A stretch of DNA of 64,000 bases from an uncultured virus (IMG/VR IMGVR_UViG_3300024239_000112) (Duplodnaviria; Heunggongvirae; Uroviricota; Caudoviricetes), in the IMG/VR virus record IMGVR_UViG_3300024239_000112. One strand, given 5' to 3'. The notes under the pieces were generated by a model, which searched no databases, was not told the origin of the DNA, and worked only from the letters and a program-made list of their open reading frames with translations. The position numbers were made by a program, and so were the translations under genes. Shown here in pieces: positions 54,330 through 61,681 of the stretch; position 1 is the stretch's first letter, and every line of letters starts with the position of its first letter.

Positions 54330-54838
54330 TCGCCCGCATCTTTATCGCGCTGTGCATGGCGCTGTCGCTGACGGCCTGCAAGGTCGAGGGCTCGTCCCGC
54401 GACCAGAACATGAAGGCCCAGCAGTCGCTGATGGCACGAGCCACGGCGGCGGTGCCGGTACCGCAGATCAACAACTTCCTGGCCCGCGAGGCGGTGGCCA
54501 AGCAGGTCAGAAGACTCGACGAGAAGGGCAAGCTGTTCTACGTGTACATCCTCGGCCAGAACGGCCAGCAGGTTGGCTACTACGTGTCGAACACCCGTCC
54601 GGTCAGCACCTGCGCCCTGCTGACGCCTGCCCAGGAGGTCATGCACTACAACAGCGGAGCCACCGCGGTGCTTGGCACTCCCAGCCTCGGTGGTGTCTAC
54701 GGGTTCGGCGGCGGCTGTAACAGCCACTTCTTTTTCGACGCAGCCACCGACGCCTACGTGGAGATCAGCGGGCTGCCCTTCTTCGTGGCAGACCAGCCGC
54801 TGGCCGTGGACGCGGCGCCGATCAAGGTGAGTCGATGA
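54320..54838 (+). CDS. Lipoprotein
   Basis: ...ALSLTA-C lipobox; 172 aa. Confidence 0.75.
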   Translation: MQLIARIFIALCMALSLTACKVEGSSRDQNMKAQQSLMARATAAVPVPQINNFLAREAVAKQVRRLDEKGKLFYVYILGQNGQQVGYYVSNTRPVSTCALLTPAQEVMHYNSGATAVLGTPSLGGVYGFGGGCNSHFFFDAATDAYVEISGLPFFVADQPLAVDAAPIKVSR

Positions 54839-55086
54839 CCGAGCGCCTAGCCAAGCTGCTGGGCTACATGACTGAAGCCGAGGCCAAGCGCCTCGGCTTC
54901 AGTCATCACGGCCTGTACTACGGAATCCCGTTCTGGGTCAGGGACCCCTACGGCGTGTTCGAGGCGGGACCCAAGTGGGCCGTGCTGGAACCAGTGGTAA
55001 CCCTGTTCCACCACATCGAAGGCATCTGCAACCACCTGCTTAACAGGCCGCCGAGCTTCCTGTTTCAGATCAGGGAGATCGAATGA
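54835..55086 (+). CDS. Hypothetical protein
   Basis: GFSHHG.YYGIP.W motif; coupled start. Confidence 0.65.
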   Translation: MTERLAKLLGYMTEAEAKRLGFSHHGLYYGIPFWVRDPYGVFEAGPKWAVLEPVVTLFHHIEGICNHLLNRPPSFLFQIREIE

Positions 55087-55301
55087 ACACCCAAGAGCTG
55101 ATAGCCACTGTCTTTGGCCTTGTCGTGGGGGCAGTTGTGCTGTGCACGCCGGCCGCCTGCACAGCGAACCGACACATCCAAATATCGGCCGCCATACAGG
55201 CAGGTGCCGACCCCATCGAAACCAAATGCGCCATCGAAGGAGGCTCTAGTCAGTCTCCGGTCTGCATAGTCGCCGCCGCCCGTAAGGAGCCCCGGAAATG
55301 A
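55083..55301 (+). CDS. Small membrane protein (GADPI..KCA)
   Basis: N-terminal TM; coupled start. Confidence 0.65.
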   Translation: MNTQELIATVFGLVVGAVVLCTPAACTANRHIQISAAIQAGADPIETKCAIEGGSSQSPVCIVAAARKEPRK

Positions 55302-56347
55302 CTCAGTACACCCTGTTCACCGACCCCCACCTCGGCACCCGCCGTGCAGCTCACACCACTCGAGAGTCTGCCAAGAAGCTGACCCAGGCCCTCTTCGATC
55401 AGGCGCTGACGATCGCAGAGAATGGCTACAACCCCATTTGCCTTGGAGACCTGTTCGACCGCGCCTGCAACGAGGAGGCTATCTTGGTACAGGGGTTCCA
55501 AGTATCCAGTAACTGCCTCTGGACGCTGGCCGGCAACCACGACAGCACCAACCGCGAAGGCACCGTCACTTCCCTGGATGCCTTGAAGGCCTTGCACTGC
55601 CCCATAGTGTCTTCCCCTGACTTGTCGACCCCTTACCACCTGTACCTTGGCGACGGCATTTTCATGGTCCCGCACCACGCATCCCAGGAGCTGTTCGAGA
55701 CAGCTCTGTTCCATGCCGCCGAACATGCAGCCCACGACCGGGGCGGCAAGGCATCGGTGCTGATGCTGCACTGCAACTACGACGCCCCTGATTTCATGCA
55801 GGTAGAGGACGACACCCTCAACCTGTCCGCCGAGGTCGCCGAGCGCCTGCTCAACGCCTTCGACTACATCCTACTGGGCCACGAGCACCGACCAGCCACC
55901 TTCTTCGACGGCCGGGTTGTGATCCTGGGGAACACTCACCCCACCAGCTTCTCGGACATCAGCGACAAGTTCAGCTACGTCCTGGACATCGGCGACGGCC
56001 ATGTGAGCATCGAGCCGGAGCTGATCTGGAGCCAGGAGCGCGGCTTCCGCGAGATCCGCTACGGCGACCCGGTTCCTGACCTATCCGGTGTGCAGTTCGT
56101 GTCGGTGTTCGGGATCGCAGAGGCTGAGCAGTCTGTGGCGGTGGCCGATTTCGTGCAGGAGGTCTGGTCTGCCGGCGCCGACCTGCTGGCCGTTCGCAAC
56201 AACGTGATGATCGGGCAAGCGTTCAACGAGGTACAGGAGCCCGGTGAGTCCAAGCTGGGCGACCTGAAGACCCACATAGCCGCTGAGCTGCAGGGTACCG
56301 ATCTGGCGGACCTGTTCTCGACGCTGGCGGCGGAGGTATCGGCGTGA
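55298..56347 (+). CDS. Mre11/SbcD-like metallophosphoesterase nuclease
   Basis: TDPHLG, GDLFD, GNHD, GHEH. Confidence 0.9.
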   Translation: MTQYTLFTDPHLGTRRAAHTTRESAKKLTQALFDQALTIAENGYNPICLGDLFDRACNEEAILVQGFQVSSNCLWTLAGNHDSTNREGTVTSLDALKALHCPIVSSPDLSTPYHLYLGDGIFMVPHHASQELFETALFHAAEHAAHDRGGKASVLMLHCNYDAPDFMQVEDDTLNLSAEVAERLLNAFDYILLGHEHRPATFFDGRVVILGNTHPTSFSDISDKFSYVLDIGDGHVSIEPELIWSQERGFREIRYGDPVPDLSGVQFVSVFGIAEAEQSVAVADFVQEVWSAGADLLAVRNNVMIGQAFNEVQEPGESKLGDLKTHIAAELQGTDLADLFSTLAAEVSA

Positions 56348-56694
56348 GAAGCGACCAGTTCTCCGTAGGTAAAAAGGTCCTGGTAACTACCGACAACTGG
56401 TTCTTCGCCCCTGATGGCCGCCAGTACAGGGCGGCCTGGGGTACGGTGCAGGCCATCGAGACCGACGAGAAGACCCTGGGCGTTCGCACCAACGCCCGAT
56501 CGACAAACTGGTACCTGCAGATCGGCGGCCTGGTGGTCGCCGGCTGCCAGATCCATTACGCCGTGGCCTGCGAGACGTGCGAGACAGGCAGCGTGGTGGA
56601 CTGGAAAGAAGTCGACGGCGCCGTGACCAAGTTCATCCGCCCATCCAACGTCTACAACGCTGACGGAGGTCTCGATGGGACTCAACGACTGTAA
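56344..56694 (+). CDS. Conserved phage hypothetical protein
   Basis: TTDNWFFAPDG.QYRAAWG...AGCQIHYA. Confidence 0.7.
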   Translation: MRSDQFSVGKKVLVTTDNWFFAPDGRQYRAAWGTVQAIETDEKTLGVRTNARSTNWYLQIGGLVVAGCQIHYAVACETCETGSVVDWKEVDGAVTKFIRPSNVYNADGGLDGTQRL

Positions 56695-56914
56695 CTGTGG
56701 GGCTTACCGCGGTCAGCACGAACTCGGCGCAGGAGCCTGCTTCCGAGAGCCCTGCTCGCCGCCGGTGATGCTTGGTGACGACCTTTGGCAGGTCGACGGT
56801 GGTACCCCGATAAACACATTCACTCTGACCCAGACCTGGCTGTACCGGGCCCACGAAGACGGCACATGGAGCCGTCCGCGCCGGCCAGTCAGCGAACCCA
56901 CTTTGCGAGGATGA
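56675..56914 (+). CDS. Hypothetical protein
   Basis: GGAGG SD; 79 aa. Confidence 0.5.
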   Translation: MGLNDCNCGAYRGQHELGAGACFREPCSPPVMLGDDLWQVDGGTPINTFTLTQTWLYRAHEDGTWSRPRRPVSEPTLRG

Positions 56915-59118
56915 CCATGCAACTGATCAAGCTCGTCGCCAAGAACTTCAAGAAGCTCAGCGACTTCACCGCCAATTTCACCGACGGCCTGAACGTCATC
57001 GTCGGCGAAAACGCCCAGGGCAAGTCCACACTGCTGCAGGCCATCGAGGCCGCGCTGTTCGGCGTCACTGTGGTGCCAGGCAAGAAAGAGAACATCCCCA
57101 CCTGGGGCCAGACCAACTTCAGCTTGGAACTGCACTTCCACGCCGAGGGCAGCGTCTACGTCCTCACCCGCAGCAAGTCTACGGCCAAGCTGTTCTGCTA
57201 CGACATGGACAACAACGAGCTGCTGGTGGCCAACGGCAACACCCCGGTGACAGCCTACATCGAGGAGCTGCTGGGCCTGACCGCCAAGGACTTCAACCTG
57301 TTCGTACAGTCCAAGCAAGGTGAGACCTCGGGCGTGCTGACCTTCGGCGCCACTGCGTTGAACCAGAAGGTCGAAGAGTACGCCGGCGTCAGTCTGATCG
57401 ACGACGTGGCCAAGCGTGCCAACGAGGTGGCCACCGAGCAGCGTGCAGTCGTTGCCGCCCACGAAGTGGATCCCGAGGACCTTGAGGCAGCCCGCGCCGA
57501 CAAGGCTGATGCCGACACCCGCCTGGTCGCCGCCGAGAAGAAGTTCGCCGGCGCCGAGAAGGGCCTGCAGGGCCTGCCAGCGTTCACCGCCACCTGTCCG
57601 GAGCCGAGCAGCCAGCAACTGACCGAGCAGCGCCGCAAGGCAGATAAGCGCGCCGAGGAACTGAAGGAGGCGCAGGCTGACGTGGCCCTGAAGAAGCAGG
57701 CCGTCGAGTCTGCGTTCCAGGCCCAACAGGCAGCCGGCGAGCTGGTGGACATCGAGCAGCTCGATGCCGACAAGAAGACTGCCAGCGAGCTGGTCCGGCG
57801 CCGCCGCGCAGACCTGAACGTCCTCAGCGTCGAGAAGATGGAGGCCCAGGCCGCCGTTAAGGCGCTGGAGAAGGCACAGGAAGCGTTCACAGTAGCCGAG
57901 CAGTCCATGGAGGTGGGGGCAGTAGATCGCCTCACCAGCGCTGTCGCAGATGCGCAGGCTGAGCACACTGCTGCCGGCGAAAGTGTCGCCGTGCTGTACT
58001 CGCGCCACCAGGACATGAGCAAGATGGTTGACGGGGCCACCTGCCCCACCTGCGGTAACAATCTCAGCGACCACGATCCGGTCAAGCTGGAGAACGAGTT
58101 CATCGAGCTCACGAACCAGCTGGAAGCAGCGCGCCGGCTCAAGGTCGAGGCCAAGAAGAAGCTCGACAGCCTGCAGGCCAGTCTGGACAAGCACACCGCC
58201 ACAGAGCTGGCGTTCACCCGCGCCGGCGACGCCCTGGAGAAGGCCCAGACTGCGGTTGATGCGATTCGCGTAGCGCTGGACGACGAGCTGGAAGGCGCCA
58301 CCGCGCTGCTGGCCGACGCTGATGCCGCTCTGGCTACTGTGAACGTCAAGCTGCAGGGGGCCGAGGAAGCCAACGACAACGTGCGGGCCTACCGCCGCCG
58401 GTTTGCTAAGGCCGAGCGGGAGCTCGAGGAAGCTGAGGACCTGGTGTCCGACCTGGAAGCTGCACAGCTGCCGCGTCCGACCGATGTGGAGATCGACGCC
58501 ACAGCCCAGGCAGAAGCTGCTTTCCGCGAAGCACAGAGTGGGTACGAACGAAGCAAGTCTACCCTGGAGTCCGCCGTGGTTCTGGCCCGAGCCGAGCTGC
58601 ACAGTGCCCGCAACGTCTCCGGCTATGCAGATGCAGAGCTTTCCCGCCTGGAGGAGGCCGCTGAGAAAGGTCGGCTGGCCCGCGAGATGATGGACAAGGC
58701 CTCCCGTCTGGCCCGGTTCCTCCGCGACCGCCGGCAGGCATACCTGCAGGAGATCTGGCAAGCCGTCATGGGCGCCGCCTCGCGTCAGGTGGCCACCGCA
58801 TCTCGTGGCCTGATCACCAGGATCGCCAACAACGACGGTGAGTTCACCTTCGAGGAAGACGGCGTCGTGGCCCCGGTGGCCAGTGCGTCCGGCGCCCAGA
58901 AGGCGTTCATCGGCAGCGCGGTGCGCATCGGCCTGGCCCGTACCCTGTACGGCCGCGACAGCCTGCTGATCTTCGACGAGCCCACCGAGTCCATGAGCGA
59001 GCGTAACGCCTCTGGCCTGGCGGCCTCCCTTGCCGGCGCAGCCAGCCAGCTGCTGCTGATCACCCACCGCGAGCAGGACCAGGGCCTGGCCGCGAACATC
59101 GTCCAAGTAGGAGCGTAA
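56911..59118 (+). CDS. Rad50/SbcC-like SMC ATPase
   Basis: NFK, GENAQGKST, coiled coil with CPTCG Zn hook, ASGAQ signature, FDEPT, ITH. Confidence 0.92.
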   Translation: MTMQLIKLVAKNFKKLSDFTANFTDGLNVIVGENAQGKSTLLQAIEAALFGVTVVPGKKENIPTWGQTNFSLELHFHAEGSVYVLTRSKSTAKLFCYDMDNNELLVANGNTPVTAYIEELLGLTAKDFNLFVQSKQGETSGVLTFGATALNQKVEEYAGVSLIDDVAKRANEVATEQRAVVAAHEVDPEDLEAARADKADADTRLVAAEKKFAGAEKGLQGLPAFTATCPEPSSQQLTEQRRKADKRAEELKEAQADVALKKQAVESAFQAQQAAGELVDIEQLDADKKTASELVRRRRADLNVLSVEKMEAQAAVKALEKAQEAFTVAEQSMEVGAVDRLTSAVADAQAEHTAAGESVAVLYSRHQDMSKMVDGATCPTCGNNLSDHDPVKLENEFIELTNQLEAARRLKVEAKKKLDSLQASLDKHTATELAFTRAGDALEKAQTAVDAIRVALDDELEGATALLADADAALATVNVKLQGAEEANDNVRAYRRRFAKAERELEEAEDLVSDLEAAQLPRPTDVEIDATAQAEAAFREAQSGYERSKSTLESAVVLARAELHSARNVSGYADAELSRLEEAAEKGRLAREMMDKASRLARFLRDRRQAYLQEIWQAVMGAASRQVATASRGLITRIANNDGEFTFEEDGVVAPVASASGAQKAFIGSAVRIGLARTLYGRDSLLIFDEPTESMSERNASGLAASLAGAASQLLLITHREQDQGLAANIVQVGA

Positions 59119-59120
59119 CG

Positions 59121-59342
59121 ATGCACACCTGCCCAGCCTGCGGACACTCGTCCGCACCTGCGGTTCACCTCAACCGGGCCGGCGACCTGCCGCCGGTTAA
59201 CTGCCCACTCCTCATAAACGTGAACGGCGAGCTCTTGAGAGCTCGCCGCACAGGTTTCATCGAGGGTAAGGACCGGCAGATGGAGTACGAGACGCCAGAA
59301 GGCGAGATACTCCTAGGCCGGTTCGAGTGGACTTACCCCTGA
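59121..59342 (+). CDS. Hypothetical protein
   Basis: AGGAG SD; ends GRFEWTYP. Confidence 0.6.
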   Translation: MHTCPACGHSSAPAVHLNRAGDLPPVNCPLLINVNGELLRARRTGFIEGKDRQMEYETPEGEILLGRFEWTYP

Positions 59343-59689
59343 TCTTCCTTCTCGGCCGGCGGTGTCTTTCCGCCGGCCAACCCCTGCAGAAGTGCAGGCA
59401 CCATCTTCTTGGAGTGGCTGACGATCAGCTCAAAGCCCTTCATGCCTGTGGCACCCACCAACAAGACCAGGGCATCCCTATTGCCCCAGTCGGATGGGAT
59501 CAGCTGCCCAAACACCATCCCCATGTAGAACCCCACCATTGCGGTGACGAACAGCATCAGGACGGACAGAGCCTCTCCGTTCCGCCTGGCAACCTGGTAC
59601 AGGTAGCCTACCAGCGCAGCGAATGCGCCGAGCAGGCCGAAGTACACAAACGCCTCGAACTTCTCAACCCAACCGAGCGTTGTCTTCAC
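59333..59689 (-). CDS. Holin (3 TM)
   Basis: Three hydrophobic segments and a charged C-tail; in the lysis cassette. Confidence 0.65.
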   Translation of the reverse strand: MKTTLGWVEKFEAFVYFGLLGAFAALVGYLYQVARRNGEALSVLMLFVTAMVGFYMGMVFGQLIPSDWGNRDALVLLVGATGMKGFELIVSHSKKMVPALLQGLAGGKTPPAEKEDQG

Positions 59690-59996
59690 GGGCGTCCTTA
59701 GTAATCAGGTCCAGGATCAGCCAGTAGGCCATGCAGTTGCTAAGGACAAACATCTGAAACACCCGGATCGACAGCAGGGTCTTCCCGTAGACCTCCAGGG
59801 CGTAGAAGTTCGCCGCCATGAAGGTCAGGGTGCACACTGTCATCAGCATCAGAATTGCCGCGAGGCGTGCCTCCTGCTGCCTGTCCTTGACCCGGAACAC
59901 GCGCTTCCAGACCACGAACAGCTTAACCAGGAGGGCCGAGTACAGGAGGAACGGCACCGCGGAAATGAACAAGTCGAACACTTGCTGGTAGGACAT
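59664..59996 (-). CDS. Second 3-TM lysis membrane protein (holin/antiholin candidate)
   Basis: Hydrophobic; between endolysin and holin; two possible starts (60002, 59996). Confidence 0.55.
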   Translation of the reverse strand: MSYQQVFDLFISAVPFLLYSALLVKLFVVWKRVFRVKDRQQEARLAAILMLMTVCTLTFMAANFYALEVYGKTLLSIRVFQMFVLSNCMAYWLILDLITKDAREDNARLG

Positions 59997-59998
59997 GG

Positions 59999-60481
59999 TC
60001 ACGCCTCAGTTACCGAAACTTGGGCGGGCTTCAACACCGGCAGCGGCCCAGTCTGCAGGAGGATCTCCTCCGGGTACCGGTAACCGGTAACTCGGCTCAC
60101 TTGGAACGCTCGGATGTTCACCTCGTCGGACTGGTTGCCGCCCAGGACCAGAAGATTGCCTTTCTCGTCCCGGCCCACCGCGAAGCCGACGTGGCCACCG
60201 CCGTCGCGGGAGAACACCACCACGCAGCCTACGACTGGATCCACCAGGGTGCGGCCCCACTGCAGGTAGGACTTCGCGCTCTCGAATCGGGTCGACCGGA
60301 CCCCACTCCGCTCCAGCATCGCCCCGACGAACGCCGCACACCACGGTGTCTCGTCGTCCTTGATCCCGCCGCGCTTGATGTCCTTCCACATCTGCAGGAT
60401 CTCCGCCTGGTGGCTAGGTCCTTTAAGCTCGGACAGACCTATATGCTTCCTGGCCTCTACCAGCCAGCTGGGTTCTTTCAT
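59999..60481 (-). CDS. Endolysin, TIGR02594 / NlpC-P60-like peptidase
   Basis: P.WL.EAR..IG..E, DDETPWCAAFV, GGGHVGF, LGGNQ. Confidence 0.85.
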   Translation of the reverse strand: MKEPSWLVEARKHIGLSELKGPSHQAEILQMWKDIKRGGIKDDETPWCAAFVGAMLERSGVRSTRFESAKSYLQWGRTLVDPVVGCVVVFSRDGGGHVGFAVGRDEKGNLLVLGGNQSDEVNIRAFQVSRVTGYRYPEEILLQTGPLPVLKPAQVSVTEA

Positions 60482-60780
60482 TGCGGGGCTCCTTCACTCG
60501 CCCACTCGCGCCACGCTTCATCGCGGGTATGCAGCGTTCGCAGGAGAGTCTTCAGGTGGTTGAGGTCTTGCTTGGAGAGTGCCGCCGCAGCATCCGGCGA
60601 CTTAGGAGAAATGAAGCGAGGTAGCGGGGACGGCCTGTACTCCGCGGAAAGCTCAGCTGGCGGGCGGCGCGGCACTTCGACAGGAACCAGAACCTCTACC
60701 GGGCGGTAGACGACCACCTGCTCAGGTGAGGTGCAGCCGGCGGCCAACACGATCAGTAGGAGAACAGTGAGTCGAGCCAC
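60478..60780 (-). CDS. o-spanin-like lipoprotein
   Basis: LAAG-C lipobox; Pro-rich. Confidence 0.7.
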   Translation of the reverse strand: MARLTVLLLIVLAAGCTSPEQVVVYRPVEVLVPVEVPRRPPAELSAEYRPSPLPRFISPKSPDAAAALSKQDLNHLKTLLRTLHTRDEAWREWASEGAPQ

Positions 60781-61091
60781 TTGTTCATCTCCTCTGGCTG
60801 GGTGCTGCTCTGGTGGTCTGTCGCTAGCTTGGCTGGCAGGGTCGCCAGCTTCTGGGTTGCGCGGCCGGCGGCCTGAAGAGCTTCTGAACTCAGCCGGCTC
60901 TTCAGTCCGGTGACCGCTGCGTTCTGCCTGTCGACGGAGGCTTTGAGCGCCAGACTGTCCTCGGACAGACGCCGAACCTGTGACTGACTGCCGGAAAGCA
61001 GCACGCTTATGGCCTCTGCCCGCTGATGCTCGCTAAGCGCAAGTAGCAGGGCGGAGGCCGCCAGCAAATAGGGAAGGATTCTTGAGAGCAT
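60753..61091 (-). CDS. i-spanin-like protein
   Basis: N-terminal TM plus coiled coil; overlaps the o-spanin start. Confidence 0.65.
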   Translation of the reverse strand: MLSRILPYLLAASALLLALSEHQRAEAISVLLSGSQSQVRRLSEDSLALKASVDRQNAAVTGLKSRLSSEALQAAGRATQKLATLPAKLATDHQSSTQPEEMNKWLDSLFSY

Positions 61092-61174
61092 GGAAGGCCT
61101 CTGGTTTTCAGAAGACTACCATAAACCTGTATTCCTGTAGAGCCTTACCAGACCATCTGCTTCACTGGGGGTGG

Positions 61175-61393
61175 TCATTCCGGCGCCTTCGGTCTCTGCG
61201 CTGGTTCAGGGAAGCCCGGGCTCTTAGGCCAGTCACGCAAGGCAATACGATAATCGCGCCACGCTTTGGCGTTCTGCCCAGAGTCAGACATCCTGTTGAC
61301 CTGGATGTCAGCCTTGCTCAGCTCAGCGCCCCTCCACTCACGCTCACGCGCTTCGCTCAACTCACGGAGCTTGGTCGCATCCACTTTAAACAT
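61175..61393 (-). CDS. Tail fibre assembly chaperone
   Basis: ER.WR..EL..AD, WRDYR.ALRDWP....FP....RP..P. Confidence 0.75.
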   Translation of the reverse strand: MFKVDATKLRELSEAREREWRGAELSKADIQVNRMSDSGQNAKAWRDYRIALRDWPKSPGFPEPAQRPKAPE

Positions 61394-61679
61394 TGTCGTT
61401 TTCTCCGTAGCCGGTAGGCTCCCCTAGCGCCTCCGGGTCGATCACCCATGCGTCTCGCGTCACAGGGTCATAGGCGGCATTCATAGCCCCCCAGTCGACC
61501 TCCCAAAAGGGCACTCCGCGTTTCACCAGAGAGCGAGCGACCATGCCAAAAAGCTCCTCGTCAGTACCTTGGTAGGTCTTGAACACGCCGGCGCGCATGC
61601 CGGCCACGTCGATGTAGTGCTCGACGAACGGAGCCGTCGAGTTGTGGATGATGACGCGGGGTTTTACAGGATCGGTCAT
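61386..61679 (-). CDS. Tail-fibre-associated hypothetical protein
   Basis: GVPFW...RDAW..D...P.GYG; directly after the fibre gene. Confidence 0.6.
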   Translation of the reverse strand: MTDPVKPRVIIHNSTAPFVEHYIDVAGMRAGVFKTYQGTDEELFGMVARSLVKRGVPFWEVDWGAMNAAYDPVTRDAWVIDPEALGEPTGYGENDNV

Positions 61680-61681
61680 TC

